Both the position numbers and the translations under genes were made by a program. A DNA stretch of 64,000 nucleotides from NCBI GenBank assembly GCA_012729475.1, contig JAAYDB010000143.1, positions 6,583 through 70,582 on the forward strand. The letters are read 5' to 3'. This DNA is from Bacteroidota bacterium (GTDB lineage: Bacteria > Bacteroidota > Bacteroidia > Bacteroidales > VadinHA17). Shown here in pieces: positions 40,275 through 49,501 of the stretch. Position 1 is the first letter of the stretch. Each line of letters opens with the position of its first letter. The notes under the pieces are model-generated. The model searched no databases. It had not been told where the DNA came from and saw only the letters and a list, made by a program, of their open reading frames with translations.

Positions 40275-40364
40275 ATGCCAAGCGGAAAAAAAAGAAAAAG
40301 ACATAAGATGGCCACACACAAACGTAAAAAACGTTTGCGTAAGAACAGACATAAGAAGAAATAG
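40275..40364 (+). CDS. 29-aa highly basic peptide, probably ribosomal protein bS22 (AURKAIP1/COX24-like)
   Basis: ATG 40275 to TAG 40362-40364: MPSGKKRKRHKMATHKRKKRLRKNRHKKK. Starts 9 nt after the HU stop and is followed by a terminator. The identification is from memory of Bacteroidota annotations. Confidence 0.65.
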   Translation: MPSGKKRKRHKMATHKRKKRLRKNRHKKK

Positions 40365-40397
40365 AATTTCACTTTGTGGTCTTATAATAAACAAATT

Positions 40398-40432
40398 AAA
40401 CCTAAAGGTCCGGTGATCTTTAGGTTTGTTGT
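40398..40432 (+). terminator. Intrinsic terminator after the HU / bS22-like operon
   Basis: 10-bp stem AAACCTAAAG (40398-40407) / CTTTAGGTTT (40418-40427), followed by GTTGT. Confidence 0.65.
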
Positions 40433-40472
40433 ATATGGGTGAATGAATTAATTGAAGATATTTTTACACTGA

Positions 40473-42044
40473 TTGATATCGGAAGTGGTAAACAAGGATC
40501 TGATTATTGATGTTGGAGATTCCGAGGTTTCTTTGGCATTGCTTGAAGACAGGCAACTGATTGAGCTCAATAAGGAGCAACAAAACATAAGGTATTCAGT
40601 AGGAGATATTTATCTTGGCAAAGTAAAAAAAATAATGCCGGGGTTAAATGCTGCTTTTGTAAATGTCGGATACGAGCGTGATGCTTTTTTGCACTATCTT
40701 GATCTTGGGGCTCAGTTCAGGACACAGCAGAAGTATTATCTTTCTGCACTCCAGAAACAGGGGAGGATGACCTCCGTGCACAAATTTAAATCTGAACCTG
40801 ACATTGATAAGGATGGTAAGATAACCGATGTCCTTACCCAGGGGCAGACTGTTATTGTCCAGATAACCAAAGAACCAATTTCCACAAAAGGTCCCCGCTT
40901 GTCATCAGAGATATCTATTGCCGGAAGGAATCTTGTGCTGATACCTTTTTCAGATAAAGTATCCATTTCCTCGAAAATTGAAAGCACAGAAGAGAAAAAC
41001 CGGCTTAAGACCTTGATGCATAGTATCAAGCCGAAAAATTACGGGGTGATTGTCAGAACAGCTGCTGAAGGTAAAAAAGTAGCAGTGCTGGATGTTGAAT
41101 TACGGGAACTGATAAAGAAATGGGAAACAGCTTTCTCTTCGGTGAAGAAGGAGATAAAGGCTCCCAGACTCTTCATCGGAGAGATGAACCGGACTACAAC
41201 AATGATACGGGATATGCTTAATGTCACCTTTAACAGTATATATATAAATGATCAATCTCTGGCCGATGAAGTGAGGCAGTATATCAGGGAAATTGCTCCC
41301 GAAAAGGCAAAAATAGTAAAACTATATAACGGGACTATTCCCATTTTTGATCATTTCGGTATAAATAAGCAGATAAAAGCCCTTTTCGGAAAAACAGTAT
41401 CCTTCCGTCATGGAGCCTATCTGATTATTGATCATACCGAAGCTCTTCATGTAATCGATGTAAACAGCGGAAACCGTTCAAGAACAGGTAATGATCAGGA
41501 ATCAAATGCCCTCGAGGTCAATATGGAAGCTGCTACGGAAATAGCACGACAGTTGAGACTAAGAGATATGGGAGGGATTATTGTAATCGATTTCATCGAT
41601 ATGCTGTCGACTGAAAATAAACAGATACTGTATGACAGGATGAAAGACCTGATGGCCGGCGACAGAACAAAACATAATATTCTTCCTTTAACAAAGTTCG
41701 GACTGATGCAGATAACCCGTCAGAGAGTCAGACCCGAAATGAAAATAGTGACAAATGAAAAATGCCCGGCATGCCAGGGTTCAGGTGAAGTTAAACCAAC
41801 AATACTCTTTACTGATGAAATGGAGAAAAACCTCGCTTTTATTGTTGATAAGATAAAAACAAAAAAAATCATTCTGAATGTTCATCCCTTTGTTGCTTCT
41901 TTTCTGAAAAAAGGTTTCATCCCTTTGTTCAGAAAGTGGAACTTTAAATACAAAATAAACCTTAAAGTTCAGCCTGTTACATCTTATCATATGCTGGAAT
42001 ACCATTTTTACGACCGTTTCAATAATGAAATAGACCTTACATGA
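40473..42044 (+). CDS. rng: Rne/Rng-family ribonuclease (RNase G-like)
   Basis: 523 aa. S1 domain ...IYLGKVKKIMPGLNAAFVNVGYERDAFLH..., catalytic ...HVIDVNSG... and ...GGIIVIDFIDM... The TTG start given by the track is uncertain. Confidence 0.85.
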   Translation: MISEVVNKDLIIDVGDSEVSLALLEDRQLIELNKEQQNIRYSVGDIYLGKVKKIMPGLNAAFVNVGYERDAFLHYLDLGAQFRTQQKYYLSALQKQGRMTSVHKFKSEPDIDKDGKITDVLTQGQTVIVQITKEPISTKGPRLSSEISIAGRNLVLIPFSDKVSISSKIESTEEKNRLKTLMHSIKPKNYGVIVRTAAEGKKVAVLDVELRELIKKWETAFSSVKKEIKAPRLFIGEMNRTTTMIRDMLNVTFNSIYINDQSLADEVRQYIREIAPEKAKIVKLYNGTIPIFDHFGINKQIKALFGKTVSFRHGAYLIIDHTEALHVIDVNSGNRSRTGNDQESNALEVNMEAATEIARQLRLRDMGGIIVIDFIDMLSTENKQILYDRMKDLMAGDRTKHNILPLTKFGLMQITRQRVRPEMKIVTNEKCPACQGSGEVKPTILFTDEMEKNLAFIVDKIKTKKIILNVHPFVASFLKKGFIPLFRKWNFKYKINLKVQPVTSYHMLEYHFYDRFNNEIDLT

Positions 42045-42132
42045 TATTTATTTATCTGTATTGATGTCATGAACATTTTATCTGAAGTGTTGTTTAATTT
42101 TTTGTTAAATGCAGATCCAGGAAAAAAAAGTA

Positions 42133-44115
42133 ATGATGTATAAAAGGTTTCTCTTTTCAGTAATCATTTTTTTACTTTCAGTAACTCTTTATGGTCAGAT
42201 TTTTGATCCTGTATCGTGGGCTTTCAGCTATGAGAAAACAGGGGAGAATCGGTATGAACTTATAATCACAGCGTCTGTTGAAGAAGGTTCTCATATCTAT
42301 TCTATGGATATTCCTCAAGGAGGACCAATACCAACCTCAATTAGCATTGAAGCTTCAGGAGATTTTACTGCTGAAGGCGAAGCCTGGGAGCTAACAGAGC
42401 CCGAGGAACTTTTTGATGAAGCTTTCGGAATGAAAATAAAATCATTCAGTGAAAAAGCAGAATTCAGACAAAAAATTATTTCTGAAAAACAATCTTTTTC
42501 TGTCAACGGAATGGTTAATTATATGGCCTGTAACAATACCACCTGTTCTCCTCCGAAAGACGTTGAATTCAGTATAAACATCTCAGACCATGCAAGTGAG
42601 GATGACAGCTTTATTGCTGCACAGGAAACAAAAAAAACTTCTTTTGGAGGAAAAGGATTGCTGGCTTTTTTCCTTATTTCTCTGCTTGCCGGTTTTGCAG
42701 GGATACTGACACCCTGTGTCTTTCCAATGATACCCATGACAGTTGCTTTCTTTTCATCAGGATCAGAACATAAAAGAGATTCTTTTTTCCGGGCACTGAT
42801 ATTTGGTTTCTCTATTGTAGCTATTTATTCTTCTCTGGGTTTGATAGTATCACTCACCAGTGCCGGTGCAGGATTTGCTTCAGCATTGAGTACACACTGG
42901 ATACCAAATCTGATATTTTTTTCTCTTTTTGTCATATTTGCTGCATCCTTTCTTGGAGCTTTTGAAATAGTCCTTCCTTCAAAATGGGTGACTGCTTCTG
43001 ATAACCGTGTAGACCGGGGCGGTATACTGGCTTCTTTTTTCCTCGGACTAACTACTGTTATTGTTTCATTTTCATGTACCGGACCAATAGTAGGGGCACT
43101 TCTTGTAGAAGCAGCATCCGGTGATGTTTTGAAGCCCCTGGCAGGAATGTTTGGCTTTGGGGTGGCTTTTGCCCTTCCTTTTACTTTGTTTGCCCTCTTT
43201 CCTTCAATACTCGGCAAAATTCCAAAATCAGGAGGATGGCTTAATGCTGTCAAAGTAGTGCTGGGCTTCCTGATGCTGGCATTCAGTATGAAATTCCTTT
43301 CAACAATCGATGCAGTATATTCTTTCGGTATAATTTCAAGAGATATTTTCCTTTCTGTATGGATAGTCCTTTTTTCTCTCCTGGGTTTCTATCTTATGGG
43401 AAAGATAAAATTTGCACATGACAGTAATCAGGATCATATTGGCGTTTTACGCTTATTCCTTGTTATAGTGGTATTCTCTTTTGTTGTTTATTTGATACCC
43501 GGACTTTTTGGTGCTCCACTGAAAGGATTATCTTCATTCCTCCCTCCCCAATCAGATTCATGGGTAACAGAAAAACAAACAAATAATACCCCTGCAGATA
43601 GTTCTCCGACTGTACTCTTTTCAGATATCACCACAAATAGTCAATGTGGACAGCCAAAATACGGTGATATATTTAAAATGCCTTACGGTTTGAACGGATA
43701 TTTCGACTATGAACAGGGTCTTCAATGTGCCAAGGAAATCAATAAACCTGCCTTGATATATTTTAAAGGACATGCCTGTGCCAACTGCAAGCTTATGGAA
43801 GCCAGGGTATGGTCTGACCCCGAAATACTCAGCAGACTGAGAGAAAACTTTGTGATTATATCCCTTTATGTGGATGACAGAACCCGGTTGCCTGAAGAAG
43901 AATGGTTCGTTTCTGAAATTGACGGAAAGATTAAAAAAACCATTGGTAAAAAGAATGAAGACATAGAAATATCACTCTATAAAACCAATTCCCTGCCATT
44001 CTATGTTATTGCCGGTCATAATGCTCATCCCCTTAATGAACCCATGGCTACGACTATGAATACCGAAAAATATAAGAAATGGCTTGATGAAGGGTTAAAG
44101 GCTTTTAATAAATAA
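42133..44115 (+). CDS. dsbD: DsbD-family protein-disulfide reductase (N-domain + CcdA-like TM core + thioredoxin-like C-domain)
   Basis: Taken from ATG 42133 (MMYKRFLFSVIIF...). TM-core cysteines in ...LTPCVFPMIP... and ...SCTGPIVG..., C-terminal CxxC in ...GHACANCKLME... Confidence 0.8.
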   Translation: MMYKRFLFSVIIFLLSVTLYGQIFDPVSWAFSYEKTGENRYELIITASVEEGSHIYSMDIPQGGPIPTSISIEASGDFTAEGEAWELTEPEELFDEAFGMKIKSFSEKAEFRQKIISEKQSFSVNGMVNYMACNNTTCSPPKDVEFSINISDHASEDDSFIAAQETKKTSFGGKGLLAFFLISLLAGFAGILTPCVFPMIPMTVAFFSSGSEHKRDSFFRALIFGFSIVAIYSSLGLIVSLTSAGAGFASALSTHWIPNLIFFSLFVIFAASFLGAFEIVLPSKWVTASDNRVDRGGILASFFLGLTTVIVSFSCTGPIVGALLVEAASGDVLKPLAGMFGFGVAFALPFTLFALFPSILGKIPKSGGWLNAVKVVLGFLMLAFSMKFLSTIDAVYSFGIISRDIFLSVWIVLFSLLGFYLMGKIKFAHDSNQDHIGVLRLFLVIVVFSFVVYLIPGLFGAPLKGLSSFLPPQSDSWVTEKQTNNTPADSSPTVLFSDITTNSQCGQPKYGDIFKMPYGLNGYFDYEQGLQCAKEINKPALIYFKGHACANCKLMEARVWSDPEILSRLRENFVIISLYVDDRTRLPEEEWFVSEIDGKIKKTIGKKNEDIEISLYKTNSLPFYVIAGHNAHPLNEPMATTMNTEKYKKWLDEGLKAFNK

Positions 44116-44138
44116 AGTATAATACTGTCTTATATCTT

Positions 44139-45233
44139 TTACAGCTCCTGTTTCAGATATATATTTCCCCTTGTAGCATCAATGGTTACATGCATATTAC
44201 CGGGATTATTACCGACAGAGCCATATACCATAACTTTCCCCTGCTCATCTGCAGGGTCTTTCCTGATGAGGTCGGAATTTTTTTCAGGAAGCACCAGTGA
44301 GCTGTTCAGATGTTTAATATCCAGATTATAAGAGGCTGACCTTTCAAAGACCAGATTTATATCGGTAAATCCTGATTCAATGCTTATTTTTTCGAAGGTC
44401 TTTTCAATGTGATCGGCAGTAAGACTGCCGTATCTGATTTCCAAACCTATTTCTTTTTCAAGAATATCTATACTTAAATTACTGAAATAAGAATCTCCAC
44501 TGATACTGTTTATCCTGCCGGCAAAAAACTTATCCCGTCTTGATTGTATATTTACCACCCTGGTGTTTTTCAGTTCAAAACGGGATGATACTGAACTTAT
44601 TTTCAGATCGCCGGATTCTCTTATCTCTATCTCAGAGAAAGATGCATTGATTGTGGCACTCTCTAAACTGTTTATTGTTGCATCACAGAATGAAAGTTCT
44701 ATCTTTTCTGCTTTGTTAAGCTTATTTGCTTTGAATGATCCGTTTTCCAAATCTATAAAAAACACAGAGGTATTGTTATCAATAAATACATCTCCGTATT
44801 TATTGGTTATCCTCATGCCGAGATGATCCGGTGCATATATGTTGTAATTTATTTTTATTCTTGATTCATAAGGAATAAGTTTATCGGTCATGCCCTTTAT
44901 CGTCTCAAGAAAAAAATTAATATTTTGCATGAACTCTGTTTTAATACTGAGAAGCCGGTCTGTTTCTGAAACGTTGATATCAATCCCGTCAAGTATGTTA
45001 TGCAGGCGTTTCAGGTTTGTTGTGGTTGCTTCCACTTCGGCAACTATTGATACATAATCCTTATCCCAGGAGTTGATATGGATATTCCCGTATTTGTTAA
45101 CAATTTCTATAGTGGTATTTTCAGAAACATTAACTGTTTTATTAAAGCTCCTGGTTTCTGTAAAAGATTGGCCATTAAGCAACTCCATGAACAGCATACA
45201 AGTCAGCAGAGAGAATGAAATCTTATAGTTCAT
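44139..45233 (-). CDS. Secreted beta-rich hypothetical protein (DUF4097 / putative-adhesin-like)
   Basis: 364 aa with a signal peptide. Repetitive ...G.I.I... beta-strand pattern, e.g. NKYGNIHINSWDKDYVSIVAEVEA. Family assignment is from memory. Confidence 0.55.
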   Translation of the reverse strand: MNYKISFSLLTCMLFMELLNGQSFTETRSFNKTVNVSENTTIEIVNKYGNIHINSWDKDYVSIVAEVEATTTNLKRLHNILDGIDINVSETDRLLSIKTEFMQNINFFLETIKGMTDKLIPYESRIKINYNIYAPDHLGMRITNKYGDVFIDNNTSVFFIDLENGSFKANKLNKAEKIELSFCDATINSLESATINASFSEIEIRESGDLKISSVSSRFELKNTRVVNIQSRRDKFFAGRINSISGDSYFSNLSIDILEKEIGLEIRYGSLTADHIEKTFEKISIESGFTDINLVFERSASYNLDIKHLNSSLVLPEKNSDLIRKDPADEQGKVMVYGSVGNNPGNMHVTIDATRGNIYLKQEL

Positions 45234-45765
45234 AGTTGATGTTGTGTTGGTTATCTGTTTTATCTGTCACATTACCCAGGATGTTTTCAAGGAGATCAGT
45301 CCTTATCCTGTAATTACTCACCATAGCTTCAATTACTTCCTGATTATTAATATTATCATGTAAATCATCCTTAAGGTCAACATAGCTCTTTTCAAGATTC
45401 AGAAGGTCGTCAGACAGTTCTTTTTGTATTTCAGGATGCTTCGACAAGAAAGGCAGTGCTTGTAAGTACAGTTCATTGATCAGATTATTGTAATATATCT
45501 CCGTCTCTTTCAGTTTCAGCTCTGTTTTCTGGTTAATGGTGTATTCCGAGTTACGGTAATCCAGGTATTTTATTCGGTTTTTACCGGTATAATAAAGAGA
45601 GACAGAAGCAATGATTATGACTATGGATGCAGCAGAAAGCCATTTGATTAATTCTTTACGGCTTCCGTTAAGGTCATCCTTTATTCTTTGCCATATCTCA
45701 TTTTGATGAGTATGCCCGCCGGGGTCTTCTTTTTGGGGTTCATTATATCCACTGATATGGTTCAT
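45223..45765 (-). CDS. Single-pass membrane protein resembling the TM plus periplasmic helical part of Bacteroidota anti-sigma factors
   Basis: 180 aa. A short cytoplasmic N-terminus, TM WLSAASIVIIIASVSLYY, then a helical E/L/K-rich region. 11-nt overlap with the downstream gene. Confidence 0.45.
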   Translation of the reverse strand: MNHISGYNEPQKEDPGGHTHQNEIWQRIKDDLNGSRKELIKWLSAASIVIIIASVSLYYTGKNRIKYLDYRNSEYTINQKTELKLKETEIYYNNLINELYLQALPFLSKHPEIQKELSDDLLNLEKSYVDLKDDLHDNINNQEVIEAMVSNYRIRTDLLENILGNVTDKTDNQHNINYEL

Positions 45766-46059
45766 TGTCTGATTATTTGACTCTATTCTCAGTATATCCC
45801 GTCGGGGAAATATATTTTCCGGGGTTAATCAGGTCTGGTCATATTCACAATAAACATTTTCACTTTATTCTTCAGCCGGCAAAAATATTCTCCGGGAATT
45901 TATTCACTTCTCTTTCAAAAGGTGATTCGCCAAAGGTATATATCTTTTCATCTACTATAACCGGCTGCTTATGAAAATGGTCCGGCTATAATTGTAAATT
46001 GATAAAAATAAGCATATTTTTACATTTAATAGCGGGTTGATTTGAGCAACTGTTAAATA

Positions 46060-46545
46060 ATGAAGCAATTTATTGTATTTTTTATTATAATCATTTTAAC
46101 ATTACCTGTCGCAGCACAGCATAAGAATCAGCAGGATGTGATATCCAGTGCAGGATCTGTTGATTCAGCGCCCGGAATTAGTTTAAGCTGGACACTTGGA
46201 GAGACTTTCATCCCTACATTTCATTCATCAGATCTGATTGTATCTCATGGCTTCCAACAACAACTTGTTGTTACAGTGGTAGGAGAAGAAATTGAGTTTC
46301 CGGCCGATGTAACTGTTTATCCCAATCCGGCCAGTGACATAATAAAAATATGTTTTGCTATGCCACCGGAAGAGTGTATTTCTGTAAGTCTTTTTAATTC
46401 TGCGGGGAAGCTGGTTATAACTGATTTTATTGAAGCATTCATGCCGGAAAAGCACCTTGACATGCACGATCTTTCAGGAGGTATTTATTATCTGAAACTC
46501 ACCAGTGGTAACCTGAGTAACATATATAAAGTTGTAAAACTTTAA
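46060..46545 (+). CDS. Small secreted protein with a T9SS C-terminal sorting domain
   Basis: 161 aa with a signal peptide. C-terminus ...VYPNPASDIIKI...GIYYLKLTSGNLSNIYKVVKL is typical of a Por secretion tail. Confidence 0.75.
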   Translation: MKQFIVFFIIIILTLPVAAQHKNQQDVISSAGSVDSAPGISLSWTLGETFIPTFHSSDLIVSHGFQQQLVVTVVGEEIEFPADVTVYPNPASDIIKICFAMPPEECISVSLFNSAGKLVITDFIEAFMPEKHLDMHDLSGGIYYLKLTSGNLSNIYKVVKL

Positions 46546-46590
46546 AGAAGCTTTTTTGTTGAAAAGCAATTTTCCATTCTTTTCATGGCT

Positions 46591-46624
46591 GCCCCTTTCC
46601 GCCAGTTGGCGGAAAGGGGCTTTT
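46591..46624 (+). terminator. Strong intrinsic terminator
   Basis: 13-bp stem GCCCCTTTCCGCC (46591-46603) / GGCGGAAAGGGGC (46608-46620), loop AGTT, then TTTT. Confidence 0.9.
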
Positions 46625-46663
46625 AGCCAAATGTTAAATTGTGAGAGTATTAGGTAAAGGTTC

Positions 46664-46671
46664 TATATTTG
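46664..46671 (+). promoter_or_regulatory. -7 box upstream of the small-ORF locus
   Basis: TATATTTG, with TTG at 46639-46641 lying 22 nt upstream. 39 nt before ATG 46711. Confidence 0.45.
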
Positions 46672-46710
46672 TTTATGTGAAATGAGTATTGACCTAAAAG
46701 ATTCAATATC

Positions 46711-46870
46711 ATGAATAAAATTATTATTAAGGCAGTTTTTATCATTTGTTGTTTTTGTTATTGTTGAAAATGCGAATGCTGTGTTTTGTGAAAGTACTAA
46801 CGCTGTTGAAGAGACCAGTCTGCTCCGCTTGTCCCCGGAGGAGGACACAGGTTTGATAAAGAACAAATGA
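46711..46870 (+). pseudogene. Small secreted-peptide gene split by a 1-nt frame change, or a genuine 18-aa Cys-rich micropeptide
   Basis: As written, ATG 46711 gives MNKIIIKAVFIICCFCYC then stop (46765-46767). Deleting one A from the A4 run at 46717-46720 gives a 52-aa ORF, MNKLLLRQFLSFVVFVIVENANAVFCESTNAVEETSLLRLSPEEDTGLIKNK. That ORF has a textbook signal peptide and ends at TGA 46868-46870. Confidence 0.4.
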
Positions 46871-47031
46871 ACAACCTTGTCGATTTCTGCGATATGGTCT
46901 TTTATGGGAAACAACTGACTCCAAGACAGAAAGCAAAATTCTACTCAAATCCATATTTCCCGACATTCCGGGAATACTATGGAGGACTTGAAAAAATGAT
47001 GCCGTGGATCAATGATGTTCCTCATAAATGA
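46867..47031 (+). CDS. 54-aa hypothetical small protein
   Basis: MNNLVDFCDMVFYGKQLTPRQKAKFYSNPYFPTFREYYGGLEKMMPWINDVPHK. Its ATG overlaps the TGA of the upstream shifted frame (ATGA). Below the track cutoff. Confidence 0.4.
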   Translation: MNNLVDFCDMVFYGKQLTPRQKAKFYSNPYFPTFREYYGGLEKMMPWINDVPHK

Positions 47032-47067
47032 TAAAGGATTATTTATGAAAGAGATTCTGAGAAAAGA

Positions 47068-47091
47068 ACCTGGTCATTGTTATGACCAGGT
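47068..47091 (+). terminator. Perfect 10-bp hairpin after the small ORFs (possible terminator, no clear U-tract)
   Basis: ACCTGGTCAT (47068-47077), loop TGTT, ATGACCAGGT (47082-47091). Confidence 0.35.
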
Positions 47092-47186
47092 GATGTATTC
47101 AGCTGTGTTAATTAAAGTTAAATAGCTATTACTCTATTCTCCCAAATTTCAAATTTATTATATTGCATCGTTCAAAATGTGGAGGG

Positions 47187-48389
47187 ATGAAGAATTTTTT
47201 GCTTGCGGTAATAGTTTTGACTCTTGCTTCTTCGTGTGAGACAACCGATAAACAATTATCAAGAAGGGCAAACAGGCTACATCAAAAATTTCTCACTGTG
47301 GATACCCATTGTGACACTCCTTTGAATCTAATGGGAGATGATTTTGAACTCGGGGAGAAAAATGAACTGGGTTGTGTGGATTTCCCAAGAATGGTTGAAG
47401 GAGGCCTTGACGCTGAATTTTTTGCTGTGTTCATAGTCCAGGGACCCAGGAATGATTCTGCTTTTAATGAGGCTCACAGAACAACCCTTGAGATCCTTGA
47501 TACAATTTATAATAATATTGAAAGGAATGCCTCTCTTGCTGAGCTGGCTTATTCTCCTGAAGATGCTTTCAGAATAAAAAGAGAAAAGAAGCGGGCGATA
47601 TTTATAGGACTGGAAAATGGCTATCCTATAGGAACAGATCTGGGTCGTGTAAGACATTACTATGATCTGGGAGCACGCTATATCACTCTTTGTCATTCGG
47701 GAAATAATGATATATGTGACTCTTCCACTGATCCTAATGGTCCTGAAAATAATGGCTTGTCACCTTTCGGAGAAGAAGTGGTAAAAGAAATGAACCGTCT
47801 GGGTATGATGGTAGATGTGTCGCATATCTCTGATAAGTCTTTTTATGATGTAATTGCTGTATCGGAAGCTCCTGTTATAGCCTCACATTCTTCATGCCGG
47901 GCCCTGTGTTCCAGTCCGAGGAATCTTTCAGACGACATGCTTCAGGCTCTCAAAGCCAATGGAGGCGTGATACAGATATGTATACTAAGTAATTATATAA
48001 AGACACCTGAACCTAATCCCGAACTTGAATATAATCTGAGTGAACTTGTTGAAAGATATGGTGATCCGGCTAATTTACCGGAAGAGGATATTGAGAACTA
48101 CAAGAAAGAAAGACGCGAAATTTATGATAAATACAGGCGACTGGCTACTGTGTCGGATGTTGTGGATCATATTGACCATGCTGTGCAGATTATAGGGATC
48201 AATCATGTTGGTATAGGAACTGATTTTGATGGAGGAGGAGGGGTTGAAGGTTGCAGATCGGTTGCCGAAATGAAGAACATCACCATTGAAATGTTACGAA
48301 GAGGATATACCAGACAGGAGATAAAAAAGATCTGGAGTGGAAATTTAATGAGAGTCTTCAATGAGGTTCAGGCTCTTGCAAAGCAATAG
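47187..48389 (+). CDS. Membrane (M19, renal-type) dipeptidase lipoprotein
   Basis: Taken from ATG 47187, preceded by GGAGGG: MKNFLLAVIVLTLASSC (lipobox). ...FLTVDTHCDTPLNL..., ...VDVSHISDKSFYDV..., ...GIGTDFDGGGG... Confidence 0.85.
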   Translation: MKNFLLAVIVLTLASSCETTDKQLSRRANRLHQKFLTVDTHCDTPLNLMGDDFELGEKNELGCVDFPRMVEGGLDAEFFAVFIVQGPRNDSAFNEAHRTTLEILDTIYNNIERNASLAELAYSPEDAFRIKREKKRAIFIGLENGYPIGTDLGRVRHYYDLGARYITLCHSGNNDICDSSTDPNGPENNGLSPFGEEVVKEMNRLGMMVDVSHISDKSFYDVIAVSEAPVIASHSSCRALCSSPRNLSDDMLQALKANGGVIQICILSNYIKTPEPNPELEYNLSELVERYGDPANLPEEDIENYKKERREIYDKYRRLATVSDVVDHIDHAVQIIGINHVGIGTDFDGGGGVEGCRSVAEMKNITIEMLRRGYTRQEIKKIWSGNLMRVFNEVQALAKQ

Positions 48390-48417
48390 TATGGCAGTTC
48401 TTGTCATACTTCGTTAA

Positions 48418-49494
48418 TTATAGTCTGACACGCGAAAATCTGAGAGTCTTCAGTATCCACGATGGCAAAGGGAGTGGTTTTCTCTTGCGGAGGTCGATAT
48501 ACCAGCCAATTTTTTTCAATACCGGGACTTTGTGTGTTTCCACAAACTCTATTAATGTTCCGTCGGGATCTTCTATATAGGAGAAATGACCCGCTGCCTC
48601 GCCCATATCGAAACTGTTACCTTTATGGCTTTGTTTACTGTCGACAGTGAAAGCAAAACCTTTACCGGCACAATAAGTTCTTAGTGCATCCATCCCATTG
48701 ATGTCGAAGCAGATGTGTATGAAACCCGGGTCTCCCCAGAAACGTCCCTCCAGAACTTTTTTCCCTTGTTTTTCAAGAGGGCATATCAGTTCTATATTAC
48801 TCTGTCCGAAGACTCTGCTGAATGGACCTGTAAAGGGTTTTGAAGATCTGAGCAGCACTCTGCGGAAATTGTTATTACCTCCAGGCACATTTTGAAGGTC
48901 AGGGAAGACGCCTGACGAGTCATAAACAACATCATCATACCCGAGGATATCAGAGTATACTGTTCTGGCTTTTTCAATATCTGATACCCCTATAATAACA
49001 CCGTAGGATCCGCCTGTTATCTTTTTTTCATCCATGAACCAGTTATCTCCGGGGACTATCTGGAAGATATTTCCAAAAGGATCTTTCATGAAGAAGTTCA
49101 TGTTTCCGGATGGATCAGCAGCCGGCTCATTTAATATAGCCTGGCCATTCTGACTGAAGAAGGAATATGCCTGACTGACATTTTCAACCTTCATCTTACA
49201 GGCCAGGATACCTTTGTCTACAAGTTGTATCTCTTCTTCAATCATCTTAGGTTCTCTGCCTTTATACTGCCATATCTCGAATCCTCCTCCACTCTGCAGA
49301 TTGATAGCCAGAACAGCATGCCTGCTCCTTGCCTCACCCCCGGTATACGGTAACATAAGCCTGGCTTCAGATTTATCTTCAAAGATCCGGCAGTCCATAC
49401 CGAAGTTTTGAATATACCATCTCCATGCTTCTGTAAGTTCTTTCACTCCGATACCTACTTGTTGTATCCCGCAGATATTATATCCTTTATCCAT
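48418..49494 (-). CDS. VOC-family (glyoxalase / extradiol dioxygenase fold) protein, multi-domain
   Basis: 358 aa. Repeated beta-alpha-beta-beta-beta modules, e.g. ...IQQVGIGVKELTEAWRWYIQNFGMD..., ...FMKDPFGNIFQIV..., ...SYIEDPDGTLIEFVE... Confidence 0.7.
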   Translation of the reverse strand: MDKGYNICGIQQVGIGVKELTEAWRWYIQNFGMDCRIFEDKSEARLMLPYTGGEARSRHAVLAINLQSGGGFEIWQYKGREPKMIEEEIQLVDKGILACKMKVENVSQAYSFFSQNGQAILNEPAADPSGNMNFFMKDPFGNIFQIVPGDNWFMDEKKITGGSYGVIIGVSDIEKARTVYSDILGYDDVVYDSSGVFPDLQNVPGGNNNFRRVLLRSSKPFTGPFSRVFGQSNIELICPLEKQGKKVLEGRFWGDPGFIHICFDINGMDALRTYCAGKGFAFTVDSKQSHKGNSFDMGEAAGHFSYIEDPDGTLIEFVETHKVPVLKKIGWYIDLRKRKPLPLPSWILKTLRFSRVRL

Positions 49495-49501
49495 TATTTT
49501 G

